A DNA stretch of 64,000 bases from Deltaproteobacteria bacterium (GCA_036528635.1 JAIGNE010000024.1:133079-197078), one strand, 5' to 3'. Positions 17,043 through 27,555 are shown, counted from the first letter of the stretch. The notes: generated from the sequence alone by a model not told the origin. Program-made: numbers and translations.

Positions 17043-17750
17043 TCAAATCCCCAGATAAGCTTTTTTCACATTTTCATCATGCAGCAAATCCGAGGCTTTT
17101 CCTTCCATTGCGATCATACCGTTTTCCACGACATAGGCGCGGCTGGCTAGTTTCAGCGCCATGAAGGCGTTTTGCTCCACCAGGAAAATCGTGGTGTGGT
17201 GTTCAGTGTTGATCCGGGCGAGGATCGAGAAAATGAGCTTGGTCATCAGGGGGGAGAGCCCCAGAGACGGTTCATCCAGCAGGAGGAGCTTCGGTTTGGC
17301 CATCAGCGCGCGCGAAATGGCCAGCATCTGCTGCTCGCCGCCGCTTAAGGTGCCGCCCTGCTGATGGCGGCGCTGATGCAGGATGGGGAAAAGTTCGTAG
17401 ATATAGGCCAGGTCTGTTTTAATCTCTTCACGATCGTCGCGCAGGAATGCGCCCATTTCCAGATTTTCCAGAACGCTCAGTTTGGCGAAGATGCGCCGGC
17501 CTTCGGGAACCTGGCAGATGCCCATTGCTACGATTTTGTCGGGATCGGTTTTTTCAATCGGTTTGCCGCTGAAAAGTATTTGTCCGCTTCGGACCGGCGT
17601 GATGCCCGAGATGGACATGAGCGTCGTGGATTTTCCGGCGCCGTTGGATCCGATGAGCGCAACGATTTCGCCCGGAGCGACGGATAGGGAAATGCCTTTG
17701 AGGGCGCGGATGCTGCCGTAGCAGGTTTCCACATCAATCAGCTTCAGCAT
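17043..17750 (-). CDS. livF: branched-chain amino acid ABC transporter ATP-binding protein
   Basis: Walker A GSNGAGKST, signature LSGGEQQML and Walker B LLLLDEPS. 235 aa. Confidence 0.9.
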   Translation of the reverse strand: MLKLIDVETCYGSIRALKGISLSVAPGEIVALIGSNGAGKSTTLMSISGITPVRSGQILFSGKPIEKTDPDKIVAMGICQVPEGRRIFAKLSVLENLEMGAFLRDDREEIKTDLAYIYELFPILHQRRHQQGGTLSGGEQQMLAISRALMAKPKLLLLDEPSLGLSPLMTKLIFSILARINTEHHTTIFLVEQNAFMALKLASRAYVVENGMIAMEGKASDLLHDENVKKAYLGI

Positions 17751-18531
17751 CGGCTTCCACCCCCAGGTAGGCCTTGATGACTGTCGGATTGCTGCGGATT
17801 TCCTGCGGGGTTCCCCGCGCGATTTCCTCGCCGTAATCCAGAACGAAAATATTCTGTGACAGATTCATGACCAGTTTCATGTCATGTTCAATGAGCAGAA
17901 TCGAGAGATCGAAATCATTGCGCAGCCGGGCAATCAGCGCATCGAGCTCATTGGTTTCCTGAGGATTCATCCCGGCAGCCGGTTCGTCCAGCAGAAGCAG
18001 ACAGGGGTCTGTGGCCAGGGCCCGCGCGATTTCCAGACGGCGCTGCGCGCCATAGGGCAGCTCCCTGGCCAGTTCGTTTACAGCAGAGCTGAGCCCCATG
18101 TATTCCAGAAGGGTATAGCTCTTGTCCAGAATGGCTTTCTCCTCATCCCTCGTCCTTTGGGGACGGAAAATCGCGCCCAAAATGCCTGAGTTAGACCGGC
18201 TGTGACGGCCGATCATCACATTTTCCAAAACGGTCATGCCTTCGAAAAGACGGATGTTCTGGAATGTGCGCGCCACCCCCAGTTTGGTAATGGCATTGAT
18301 TTTCAATCCCTCGATCCGCGACGGTTTGCCCTGCGGCGGCGACAGCGTAATCTGGGCCGCAGTTGGTTTGTAGATGCCGGTCAGGCAATTGAAGAGCGTC
18401 GTTTTCCCCGCGCCGTTGGGACCGATCAGCGCTGTAATTTCTCCTTTACGGACATGAAGACTGACATTATCCAGCGCCCGCAGACCTCCGAAACACATGG
18501 TCAGATTTTTTACATCCAGAATATTATCCAT
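17734..18531 (-). CDS. livG: branched-chain amino acid ABC transporter ATP-binding protein
   Basis: Walker A GPNGAGKTT, a signature-like LPYGAQRRLEIARAL, Walker B LLLLDEPAAG and a C-terminal BCAA-type extension. It overlaps livF by 17 nt. Confidence 0.9.
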   Translation of the reverse strand: MDNILDVKNLTMCFGGLRALDNVSLHVRKGEITALIGPNGAGKTTLFNCLTGIYKPTAAQITLSPPQGKPSRIEGLKINAITKLGVARTFQNIRLFEGMTVLENVMIGRHSRSNSGILGAIFRPQRTRDEEKAILDKSYTLLEYMGLSSAVNELARELPYGAQRRLEIARALATDPCLLLLDEPAAGMNPQETNELDALIARLRNDFDLSILLIEHDMKLVMNLSQNIFVLDYGEEIARGTPQEIRSNPTVIKAYLGVEADAEAD

Positions 18532-18544
18532 ACGTCACGCTTTC

Positions 18545-19756
18545 CTAGGTTTTATCTTCGGCGCTTGTCTGTTGAAATTTATATTGCCTGCGGCGGTTAG
18601 CCATCAGTCCGCCGGGGCGGAAAATCATCATGAGCATCAGCGCCGCGCCAAAGAGGATCATCCGGTAGTCGCTGAAGATGCGCAGGTATTCCGGCAAGAG
18701 AATGATGGCCAGCGCCGCGATGATGACTCCGATGATGGAACCCATGCCGCCCAGAACCACAATCGCTAAAATCATGGCCGATTCCAGAAAAGTAAAACTG
18801 GCCGGATTGATAAAAGTAGTTTTTGCGGCAAAGAGAACGCCCGCCATGCCCGCCCAGGTTGCGCCCAGCGCGAAAGCCGCCAGCTTGGCTTTGGTCTTGT
18901 CGATCCCCATTGCCTGACAGGCCAGTTCATCTTCGCGAAGAGCCACCCACGCGCGGCCGATGCGGGAGTGCTGCAGGCGGTGGATCACGAAAACGGTCAG
19001 CGCGCACAGGGCAATTAGCAGGAAGTACATGTAAATTGCGGATTGCTCGGGGCTGAGGGAAATGCCGAAAAATCCCGGCCGCGGAATATTGGAGATCCCG
19101 CTCGGCCCGAAAGAAAAATCATTCCAGTTTTCCAGCACCAGCCGGAGAATTTCCGCGAAAGCCAGCGTGACAATCGCCAGATAATCACCGCGCAGGCGGA
19201 GAACGGGCAACCCGACCAGGATGCCAAAAAAGGCCGCAAGCAGCGCACCAACCGGCAGCAGCGTCCAGAAGCCCAGGCCGAAGTGATAGTTGAGCAGGGC
19301 ATAGCTGTATGCGCCCACGGCGTAAAAGGCGACATAGCCCAGATCCAGAAGACCGGCCAGACCGACTTCAATATTCAGGCCCAGCCCCAGCATGACATAA
19401 ATGAGCGCCGTGGTCATGACGTTTACCTGGTAGTGGGAAAAGACAAAGGGGAAGGTCAAAGCGAAGAGGCAGGCTATGACCAGGGTGGAACGCTGAATAT
19501 TCTGATTTTCCAGGAGGCGTCTGAACGCAGACGTCCGTTCGGGTGCAAGTTTCCGCGCAGACGTTTTCCGGCGAAGGTATACCTGCCAGAGGAAAGAGAG
19601 GACAAAGCTGCCGACGCCGACGCCGATGATGCTGGCCCAGCGCCAGACCACTATATTTTCAATGGTGTTGACTTTGATCACCATGATCGGAAACGTGAGA
19701 AGAATAAACCACAGGGCAATGTACGTTGATCGTTTGAGTTCGTCAGAGAATTTCAA
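18545..19756 (-). CDS. livM: branched-chain amino acid ABC transporter permease
   Basis: 403 aa polytopic membrane protein. The order H-M-G-F is typical of liv operons. Confidence 0.85.
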   Translation of the reverse strand: MKFSDELKRSTYIALWFILLTFPIMVIKVNTIENIVVWRWASIIGVGVGSFVLSFLWQVYLRRKTSARKLAPERTSAFRRLLENQNIQRSTLVIACLFALTFPFVFSHYQVNVMTTALIYVMLGLGLNIEVGLAGLLDLGYVAFYAVGAYSYALLNYHFGLGFWTLLPVGALLAAFFGILVGLPVLRLRGDYLAIVTLAFAEILRLVLENWNDFSFGPSGISNIPRPGFFGISLSPEQSAIYMYFLLIALCALTVFVIHRLQHSRIGRAWVALREDELACQAMGIDKTKAKLAAFALGATWAGMAGVLFAAKTTFINPASFTFLESAMILAIVVLGGMGSIIGVIIAALAIILLPEYLRIFSDYRMILFGAALMLMMIFRPGGLMANRRRQYKFQQTSAEDKT

Positions 19757-19767
19757 TGGATTTCCTC

Positions 19768-20670
19768 CTAGACTTTCTGCTGGGAGGAGCGTCCCAGTAT
19801 GCCGTCGGGCTTGAAGATTAGAATCAGGATCAGGAGGGCAAACGCAAAGACGGATTCGTAGTCGCTGGAGATGTAGCCGGTGCCGAAACTTTCGGCCAGC
19901 CCCAGAACCAGACCGCCCAGCATGGCGCCGGGAATGCTGCCGATGCCGCCCAGAACCGCAGCGGTAAAGGCCTTGATGCCGGCGTTAAAACCGATGTAAA
20001 AATTGATCCGGCCGACATGGGAGGCAATCAAAATGCCCCCCACGGCCGCGAGTGCCGAGCCGATGATGAATGTCCTGGAGATGACGCGGTTGACATTGAC
20101 ACCGGTGAGCATGGCCATTTCCTGATCCTGCGCCGTGGCCCGCATGGCCCGGCCCATTTTGGTGAACTTTAAAAGCAGCGACAGGGCGATCATGACGACG
20201 GCGGAGGTCACGATGATGATGAAATCGGAAGGGCCGATCCACGTGCTGATGCTGTCGAGAAAATCCGATTGCGGAAGAAGATTGGGGAAGGGGAGGAAGT
20301 CGGAGGTCTGGGCCAGCATGACGAAATTCTGCAAAAAGATGGACATGCCGATGGCGCTGATGAGCGGCGACAGCCGGGGGGCTTTGCGCAGGGGTTTGTA
20401 AGCGATCTTTTCGACGGTGAATCCGTAAGCCGAGGCGTAGACAATGGCGATGGCGCCGGCAAGAATCAATACCGACAGGCCGGTGAAGCCCTGCATGGTC
20501 AGGATGGAGGCTGTGATCAGCGCGGTAAACGCACCGATCATATAAATCTCGCCGTGGGCAAAGTTGATGAGCTGCAGGATGCCGTAAACCATGGTGTAGC
20601 CCAGAGCGATGAGCGCGTAAATGCTGCCGCGCGTGAGTCCTCCCAAAAATAAGTCCCAGAAAAAATTCAT
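19768..20670 (-). CDS. livH: branched-chain amino acid ABC transporter permease
   Basis: 300 aa polytopic protein with GSIYALIALGYTMVYGIL..NFAHGE, typical of LivH. Confidence 0.88.
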   Translation of the reverse strand: MNFFWDLFLGGLTRGSIYALIALGYTMVYGILQLINFAHGEIYMIGAFTALITASILTMQGFTGLSVLILAGAIAIVYASAYGFTVEKIAYKPLRKAPRLSPLISAIGMSIFLQNFVMLAQTSDFLPFPNLLPQSDFLDSISTWIGPSDFIIIVTSAVVMIALSLLLKFTKMGRAMRATAQDQEMAMLTGVNVNRVISRTFIIGSALAAVGGILIASHVGRINFYIGFNAGIKAFTAAVLGGIGSIPGAMLGGLVLGLAESFGTGYISSDYESVFAFALLILILIFKPDGILGRSSQQKV

Positions 20671-20772
20671 CGTCTTCCGTCGGGTCCGGAATGGTTTTTT
20701 GCACCGGCGAATAACCGGAACACCTGAAGGTTACGCGATGTCACGCGCGCCTGCGCAAACCGTTCCCATGAT

Positions 20773-21900
20773 TTATTTCAACTCCGCATATGCCCCGTTC
20801 TTCACCTGATAGACGGAGAAACCGACGCCGATGGCGTCGCCTTTGTCATTAAATTTTATTTTCCCGAGCGGCGTCTCCGCGGTATAAAGGCGAAGGGCCT
20901 TGTGCACGGCTTTATATTCCGTCGATTTAGCCCTGGTCATCGCGTTCACAATGGCCAGCATCGCGCTGTAGGCATTGAGATAGAACGCTCCGGGCTCCGA
21001 TCCATATGCTTTTTTATGCTCTGCAATGGCCGCGACCGTCAGCGGATTTCTGGTGGTGTCTTTAGGTCCCGACGCGTAAACGCCTTCCGCCGCCTGTCCG
21101 GCCACCTTGATGAAGGTCTGGTCCTTCACGCCGTCGTCGGAGATGAAGAGGGTTTTCATATTTCGTTTGCGCATCAATTGCACAACGGAAGCGGCTTCCG
21201 GATGGTAGCCGCCATACACGACCGCCTCCGCGCCGGAATACTTGATTTTCTGGACAATGGCGGAATAGTCGACGGCGCCCGGTGTGATGCCCTCATAAAG
21301 GACAACCCTGGTGCCGGGGGATTCTTCCAGGTATTTTTTTGCGTATTCGGCAAAACCTTTGCCGTAATCGCCTTTATCATGAATAACAGCGAGTTTTTTG
21401 AGTTTCAGGGTTTTGAGCGCGAAATCCGCAATCAGGCGGGCCTGGGCGTCATCCGGCGCGATGGTGCGGTGGAAGTTCGGATACTGGCCGGAGAGGGTTA
21501 ATTCGGGACTCGTTGCCGAGGGCGAGATGACGATAATCCCCGCGTCTTTGTAGGTGCGAAGGGCCGCCTTGGTGGCGCCGCTGCAAATGTGACCGATGAC
21601 GGCGTTCGCTTTTGCGGAAACCAGCTTTGTGGCGGCATTCGTGGCCAGTTCGGGTTTGCAGGCCTCATCTTCAACCAGCAACTCCAGTTTTTTACCGTCA
21701 ATGCCGCCCTGTGCGTTTACCTTTTTGACAATCAGTTCAGCCGCGCGAACCGTGGGAATGCCGTATGATGCCAGGTCGCCGGTATGTGCCCCGGCGACGC
21801 CTATTTTAATCGTTTCAGCGCATAACGCCGCGGTGAATGCTCCGAAAGCGATTAAGAAAAGCGGGACCAGGACCCAGCGGAAAAGAAGATTGTGTTTCAT
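20773..21900 (-). CDS. branched-chain amino acid ABC transporter substrate-binding protein (LivJ/LivK family)
   Basis: 375 aa with a signal peptide and IKIGVAGAHTGDLASYG..VNAQGGIDGKKLEL..VIGHICSGAT. Confidence 0.88.
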   Translation of the reverse strand: MKHNLLFRWVLVPLFLIAFGAFTAALCAETIKIGVAGAHTGDLASYGIPTVRAAELIVKKVNAQGGIDGKKLELLVEDEACKPELATNAATKLVSAKANAVIGHICSGATKAALRTYKDAGIIVISPSATSPELTLSGQYPNFHRTIAPDDAQARLIADFALKTLKLKKLAVIHDKGDYGKGFAEYAKKYLEESPGTRVVLYEGITPGAVDYSAIVQKIKYSGAEAVVYGGYHPEAASVVQLMRKRNMKTLFISDDGVKDQTFIKVAGQAAEGVYASGPKDTTRNPLTVAAIAEHKKAYGSEPGAFYLNAYSAMLAIVNAMTRAKSTEYKAVHKALRLYTAETPLGKIKFNDKGDAIGVGFSVYQVKNGAYAELK

Positions 21901-22095
21901 TCGTTTGCTCCCTGATAAGATGGTGCCCCTGTCCTACTTGAAAAGGCCTGCCGCGTCAAGACGCAATCGCTGTGAAAAATCGTTTTGAGGAATGTTTTCA
22001 GATAGATGGTGATTGGGCTTGTCAACCTGCCGGGATGATGCTAGAGGCAGTATCGAGTCAAGCATCAAAGATCATGAACGAGACGCGATGTCGGG

Positions 22096-23637
22096 ATGAA
22101 AAAACGCTATTCCTTCCATAAAAAAGATATTGAACAGATCAGGGCGCTGGGCCTGAAACCGTCTGCCGTGTATCAGCAGCTGGAAACCTACCGGAGGGGA
22201 TCGAACTATCTGGAACTTGTTCGTCCCTGCACTCCGGGCGACGGTATTCGATCATGTACAGCCGCAGAGCGCAGACGCCTGATTGGCCTCTATGACGCCG
22301 AAGCCGGTAAGCACAGGATCCTGAAATTTGTGCCGGCGTCAGGCGCGGCGAGCCGGATGTTTGCCGCGTGGTTTGCCGCGGCTGGGCAGGGCAGTTTCGG
22401 GAATGACAAGCTGGATCGGTCTTTTTTCGCTGATCTGAAAAAAATGCCTTTCATGCCGATGCTTCAAAAAGAAAAAACGGTTCGTCTGATGCTTAAGCGA
22501 AAGGATGTCGGGGCCGTGCTGGACTATATCCTTAAACCCGCCGGCCTCCATTTCGAATGGCTGCCCAAGGCGCTCATACCATTTCATGCCTATGGTAAAG
22601 GAGACGTCAGAACGGCCCTGGAAGAGCATTTGCGGGAAGCGGCAAGCTTTATTGCCAACCGGGACAAAACCTGCAGGGTGCACCTGACGATCTCACCGGA
22701 GCACGCCCGGGACGTTAAATCGTTAATGAAATCTCTTATCCCTGAATGTGAAAAACTGGGCCAGGTCCGGTTTAAAATCGCGTTGTCCGAGCAATCGCCG
22801 GCAACAAACATCATAGCGGTGGATGAAGAAAATCTGCCGTTTCGTGATGGCGATGGACGGCTGGTCTTCAGACCCGGCGGACACGGCGCGTTGCTCAAAA
22901 ACCTCCAGGAGATTGATGCCGATCTGATCTTTGTCAAAAATGTCGATAATATTGCGCCGGATGCCCTGCAAAAAAAAATATTGCCCTACAAAAAAATGCT
23001 GGGAGGCCTGGCGCTGCAACTGCGGCAGACCATCTTTGCGATGCTGAGGGGACTGGAAAAAGATCGACTCAGCGCAGACGAGATACGCGCCATGACTGAT
23101 TTTTGCCGGTTCGAGCTTAGCCTCTCCTTTCCGAAAGAATATTTGAGATTGTCTGAGAAGAATAAAAAGAAGCTGTTGTTTTCACGGCTGAACCGTCCGC
23201 TGCGCATCTGCGGAATGGTGAGGAACATCGGAGAGCCGGGGGGCGGTCCTTTCTGGGTTCTGGAAAAAGACGGATCACAGACCCTGCAGATCGTAGAATC
23301 AGCCCATGTGGATCACGCCCGGAGCGTGCAAAAGGACATCTGGTCGGGCTCAACGTATTTTAATCCGGTTGATATGGTCTGCTGCACGAAGAATTATCTC
23401 GGGGGAAAATTCAACCTGGCCGATTATGTCAACCCGGATGCTTATTTGATCAGCCCCAAGACCCAGAAGGGAAGCCATCTCAAGGCCCAGGAGCTGCCGG
23501 GTCTCTGGAACGGGGGGATGGCATACTGGAATACAGTTTTCGTGGAGCTGCCGCTTGCGGTTTTCAATCCGGTTAAGACCGTTGATGATCTTTTGCGTCC
23601 GCAGCATATCGCCGGCAGGAGATGCCGCAGACGCTAA
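22096..23637 (+). CDS. DUF4301-like protein (assignment from memory of the family; function unknown)
   Basis: 513 aa. It contains ..KFVPASGAASRMF.., FRPGGHGALL and NxGEPGGGPFW-type motifs, reminiscent of nucleotidyl-transferase-like DUF4301 proteins. Confidence 0.5.
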   Translation: MKKRYSFHKKDIEQIRALGLKPSAVYQQLETYRRGSNYLELVRPCTPGDGIRSCTAAERRRLIGLYDAEAGKHRILKFVPASGAASRMFAAWFAAAGQGSFGNDKLDRSFFADLKKMPFMPMLQKEKTVRLMLKRKDVGAVLDYILKPAGLHFEWLPKALIPFHAYGKGDVRTALEEHLREAASFIANRDKTCRVHLTISPEHARDVKSLMKSLIPECEKLGQVRFKIALSEQSPATNIIAVDEENLPFRDGDGRLVFRPGGHGALLKNLQEIDADLIFVKNVDNIAPDALQKKILPYKKMLGGLALQLRQTIFAMLRGLEKDRLSADEIRAMTDFCRFELSLSFPKEYLRLSEKNKKKLLFSRLNRPLRICGMVRNIGEPGGGPFWVLEKDGSQTLQIVESAHVDHARSVQKDIWSGSTYFNPVDMVCCTKNYLGGKFNLADYVNPDAYLISPKTQKGSHLKAQELPGLWNGGMAYWNTVFVELPLAVFNPVKTVDDLLRPQHIAGRRCRRR

Positions 23638-23658
23638 AGCCGGTTCGGGTGACCCAGC

Positions 23659-24645
23659 TCATGTCATCCGGTTTTCGCAGTCGTCCTTTGACGCCGCTTT
23701 GCTCTTGATCGTCGTTGAACATCCCCGACGGCTGCACGTCACATCAGCCTCGCTGTCGCCTGCGGCATCCGAATAACGGACGCATAAAGCCGCGGCCAGC
23801 CCTTTCGCCGATTCGTCTCCATAGGGAACCAGTACATAGGGCCCCGGATAGCGGGCCATGTTCAGAACCAGATCTTCTTCGAGCGTCAGGCGACGCAAAG
23901 CCTCATTATCGGCGTTGTTGCGGCCAACGATGATTTTGATGCCGTTTGCGGCGCGGAAATGCCTTCCGTATTTCAGCAAATGGTAATCCCGGATCTGACA
24001 ATCTTCGCCCCGATTCATCAGATCGCGCAAACGTCGCGAAAACATCGGATCGGTGAGCAGGCAGCCGCCGGCGGGCGGCGGGTAATGTTTGATGCCGAAT
24101 TCTTCCGCCATCCGCATTTGCTCTTTTCGTCCCCGTCCGGAAAGGCCCAGAAGCTGTAAACGGTCAATGAGGCCTTCCCGCTCCGCCCGGACGGGTTCGA
24201 GCAGTTGCGCGGACAGCGGTCTCAGGATGAAGTCGGCATAACCGGAGTTTTTCGCGACGATATAAAGGGACTGTTTGGTCTGCGACATGGGACGCTGACC
24301 CAGGACTTCGCCGGTGATCAGGATGTCCGCGCCGGTCTCCTGCATTTTTTTGCCCGCAATTTTCAGCATCAGGGTGTGGCAGTCAATGCAGGGATTCATG
24401 TTTTTGCCATATCCGTAACGCGGGGATTTGAGCATTTGCAAATGTTCGTCCGTGATATCCTGAATGATCAGGGGCAAACCGATCTGATCGGCCGCCGCCC
24501 GCGCTTTGTCTGCGCCGAAGAAGGGCGTTGTAAAGGTTATCCCGGTTACGTCGATATTTTGTTTTTGAAGCACCTTGACGGCTAAAATACTGTCGAGGCC
24601 TCCGGACAGCAAAGAGATGGCTTTTATCATGTTCATCAATCCCAT
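23659..24645 (-). CDS. PP-loop (adenine nucleotide alpha-hydrolase) ATPase fused to a C-terminal DUF814/NFACT-R-like domain
   Basis: The PP-loop is SLLSGGLDS, with CIDCH and GEVLGQRPMSQ as in ThiI/MnmA-type sulfurtransferases. The C-terminus IIVGRNNADNEAL..DLVLNMARYPGPYVLV matches the GRNxxxNDxL..PGSHV pattern of DUF814. The start is uncertain (24645, 24636 or 24630). Confidence 0.7.
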   Translation of the reverse strand: MGLMNMIKAISLLSGGLDSILAVKVLQKQNIDVTGITFTTPFFGADKARAAADQIGLPLIIQDITDEHLQMLKSPRYGYGKNMNPCIDCHTLMLKIAGKKMQETGADILITGEVLGQRPMSQTKQSLYIVAKNSGYADFILRPLSAQLLEPVRAEREGLIDRLQLLGLSGRGRKEQMRMAEEFGIKHYPPPAGGCLLTDPMFSRRLRDLMNRGEDCQIRDYHLLKYGRHFRAANGIKIIVGRNNADNEALRRLTLEEDLVLNMARYPGPYVLVPYGDESAKGLAAALCVRYSDAAGDSEADVTCSRRGCSTTIKSKAASKDDCENRMT

Positions 24646-24716
24646 TAAAAAAATACAAGAGCACTGCCGAAGACAATCTGCATCGCTTGTGCGATGTTGG
24701 ATCGGACAACAAAAAG

Positions 24717-26450
24717 TCAGTAACGGACGATGCCTGCGGACCATGTTTCCTGCATCAATCCGCGCAATTCCTGGTTGAAATCAAAATTAACAACGTAGAA
24801 GCTCTTTTCCGTTTTGATCTTGGTGCCGTTGAAACCGAAGCTGTAGGGCGGTTGATTCTTATCCAAACCGGAAAACGTAAAATAACCGGATGTAAAAACA
24901 AACTGAAAGCCGTGCAGAATCTTTTCCATATTTTTGGCGGGATCATCCTGATCGGAGATAAAGATGAGCTCGTTGCCGGATTTTTGCAGAATAGCGGTAA
25001 ATTGCGGCGGCAAGTTTCGCGAAAAAATAAGGATTTTCTTTTCGCCCCGCGTAACGGCGATATCCGCTTTAATGGACAGATTAAATCCGTCCTTTTCAAT
25101 ATTGAAAACTCTGACATCGACATCCTTTTCTCCCTGGATGTCCAGATAAGAAAGCAGCGCATAAGAAAAATCCCTGGCGGACGTGGTTGGCAGAACCGCA
25201 ACCGGCGGGAGCGAATATATTTCTTCCGGTTTCGCGACCAAACCTTTTTCCGGGGAAATTTCCGTGATGATCCATGAATACCGGCGCGCATAATTCACGA
25301 TGGCCCGCGGCAACAGAGCGTTGTTCTCATACACGAACCGCAATCCCTGGTTGATGGGAGGGGAATTTTTTGCGTCTTTTCGGATGATGATCCAGTCAAC
25401 AAGGACTTCCAGCGGAGGCAGCGTCCCTATGCAAACCGGTTGCTGCGCTTTGGTCAGCTCGTAGGTTTTGGTCATCCTGAATATTTTTTTCAACATGACA
25501 ATGACGTCGTCTTTATCGTCGATTTTTACTAAATGGTAGTTTTTCCAGTTGTCACTGATTATCTTTTTCAGGGGCTGGCTGGACCGATTTTCCAGATCAA
25601 GAAAGATTGTCGTCTTCTGATCCAGTTCCACAACCGGAATGACGGAACAGTCGATCGTCAGTTGCTCGGTTCGGGAGACCGGCAGATAATAGTTTCCGTT
25701 GGTAATCATGCTGCCGTTCATCTGCGTAATGATGTGCTTGACGACGGCCATTCGTTCGGCGGGAGGCAAAGCGATGGACTCTTTCGCTGTGCCGTCTTTT
25801 GTGTCTTGCGATGAAGATTCGTCCTGAGGCGTTAGGACCTGGACTTTTTCTCCGGCCGGCGCAACATCCTTCTTCACCGTTACGGCAAAAGAGGCTTTTG
25901 CAGCCGTTTGACCTTCGGGCAGGCGAATGATCTGGCCGATGTAGATTTTATGGACGTCCTTAATGCCCGGGTTCAACGCTTTGATCTCCAGCAATATATT
26001 CTGCGTACGGCTGCTGATGCGGAGCTCGCGGTGAACGATTCGAATGAGACTATCGCCTTTTTTAACCCGGTAGGCTTGAGAACCGGCGTCTTCCGTCCCG
26101 GAAGCGGCAAGGGCCGGGGCCGGTGTTTCCGAGGTCGCCGGGCTTTTTCCAGGCAGCCGGATGGTCTGCCCTTCGTACAGTCTGTCCAGGTCGGCGATGT
26201 CGGGATTCAGTTCTTTGGTCATCTCGTAATAACGGGGGATGTCTTTTTCAGTGATGCCCGGCAGCCGGCGAACGATTGCGGAAAGAACGTCGCCTTTCTG
26301 AACTGTGTAATTCTGAAAATATTTTTTGGACACGGCCGTCTTGCTGAAAGTCAGCTGAGCCGTGTCCTCGTTACTGGATAAGGCCTGCGAATAAAACAAA
26401 AAAATGGAAAGAAAGCAAAGAATAAAAGCCTGCCGGAAAATCTTCCCCAT
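24717..26450 (-). CDS. periplasmic protein with two LysM domains and a roughly 350-aa C-terminal region of unknown function
   Basis: A signal peptide (MGKIFRQAFILCFLSIFLFYSQALS) is present. The LysM motifs are YTVQKGDVLSAIVRRL..IRLP and YRVKKGDSLIRIV..IIRLP. The C-terminus contains two similar modules of unknown fold. Confidence 0.7.
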   Translation of the reverse strand: MGKIFRQAFILCFLSIFLFYSQALSSNEDTAQLTFSKTAVSKKYFQNYTVQKGDVLSAIVRRLPGITEKDIPRYYEMTKELNPDIADLDRLYEGQTIRLPGKSPATSETPAPALAASGTEDAGSQAYRVKKGDSLIRIVHRELRISSRTQNILLEIKALNPGIKDVHKIYIGQIIRLPEGQTAAKASFAVTVKKDVAPAGEKVQVLTPQDESSSQDTKDGTAKESIALPPAERMAVVKHIITQMNGSMITNGNYYLPVSRTEQLTIDCSVIPVVELDQKTTIFLDLENRSSQPLKKIISDNWKNYHLVKIDDKDDVIVMLKKIFRMTKTYELTKAQQPVCIGTLPPLEVLVDWIIIRKDAKNSPPINQGLRFVYENNALLPRAIVNYARRYSWIITEISPEKGLVAKPEEIYSLPPVAVLPTTSARDFSYALLSYLDIQGEKDVDVRVFNIEKDGFNLSIKADIAVTRGEKKILIFSRNLPPQFTAILQKSGNELIFISDQDDPAKNMEKILHGFQFVFTSGYFTFSGLDKNQPPYSFGFNGTKIKTEKSFYVVNFDFNQELRGLMQETWSAGIVRY

Positions 26451-26600
26451 GTCTGCTGCCCCCATGTGCAATAAAAATAAATATAATGGCTTTTTTGATT
26501 ACTTTAACCGGTCGGAAAAGTCAATCCTAATCGGGCTTCCAGGCCGGCAGATAAAAGCATCCGTTGAAGATCTTTGATTTCAGATGACGGGAACGCGGGA

Positions 26601-27470
26601 TTATACAACCTTCTTCATCGCTGCAATAGCGACTTCAATCTGATCATCATCCGGTTCGCGCGTGGTAATTCTTTGCAACGCGAGCCCCGGCCAGCTCAGG
26701 ATCTGAACGAATTTGAAGCGGCTGTGTCTTCCGGTAAAGCGGATAGCCTCGTAGGAGATGCCGGCGATAACCGGCATCAGCAGAATTTTATAGATGACCC
26801 GGTGCAGAAAGTCGGGTCGCCCCAGGAGGGAAAAGATCAGAATAGAGACGATCATCACGAACAAAATAAAACTGGTGCCGCAACGGGGGTGACGGGTGGA
26901 GTATTTCCTGACATTATCAACGGTCAGGTCCTGGCCGTCTTCCCAGGCAAAAACGGTTTTATGTTCGGCGCCATGGTACATATAAACCCGCCGCATGTCC
27001 GTCATGAGAAGGGTTGCGCCCAGGAAGCATAGAAAGATCCCCAACCGGACACATCCTTCGAGGATATTTAAAAGAATCAGACTGTCGATGTAGATTTTGA
27101 TCCTGGTGAAGAAAAAAGCCGGCACGACGACAAAGAAAAAAATGGCGACGGTAAAGCTGACGGCAAACGAGACATACATTTCCCAGCCCTGGGGTTTTTT
27201 TTCTTCCTCCGACAGGGCGACTTCCGCGGAAAACATCAGACACTGAATGCCGATAATCATCATTTCAAATAAACTGACTGTGCCGCGGATAAACATCCAC
27301 CCCAGCGGCTTATAGCGTTTGGTCAGCGGGACATACTCGCGTTCCTGAAAAACGATTTCCCTGTCCGGCCGTCTGACCGCCGCGGCGATCTTCGTACCGT
27401 GCCGCATCATCACGCCTTCCAGAATTGCCTGCCCGCCGGCGATATCTTCGGGATTTGGTTTACAGCTCAT
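26601..27470 (-). CDS. DUF1385 family membrane protein
   Basis: GGQAILEGVMMR near the N-terminus, followed by multiple TM helices and HGAEHK / HPRCGTSF motifs typical of DUF1385. Confidence 0.75.
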   Translation of the reverse strand: MSCKPNPEDIAGGQAILEGVMMRHGTKIAAAVRRPDREIVFQEREYVPLTKRYKPLGWMFIRGTVSLFEMMIIGIQCLMFSAEVALSEEEKKPQGWEMYVSFAVSFTVAIFFFVVVPAFFFTRIKIYIDSLILLNILEGCVRLGIFLCFLGATLLMTDMRRVYMYHGAEHKTVFAWEDGQDLTVDNVRKYSTRHPRCGTSFILFVMIVSILIFSLLGRPDFLHRVIYKILLMPVIAGISYEAIRFTGRHSRFKFVQILSWPGLALQRITTREPDDDQIEVAIAAMKKVV

Positions 27471-27555
27471 AGGATCTATTCACACCTTATTATTTTCGTG
27501 CGTTTTCTTATAGTATTTAACCGGGGCTGTCAAATTATCATTTATGAAATGTTTG

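Noticed and set aside
19985-20704. 239-aa minus-strand ORF in an alternative frame of livH. Similar long alternative or antisense ORFs occur in cheA (43430-44320), the caspase-like gene (61739-62515) and the activator genes (36850-37443, 52645-53253).
   Set aside because: The products are His/Arg/Pro-rich nonsense compared with the clear family signatures in the called frames.
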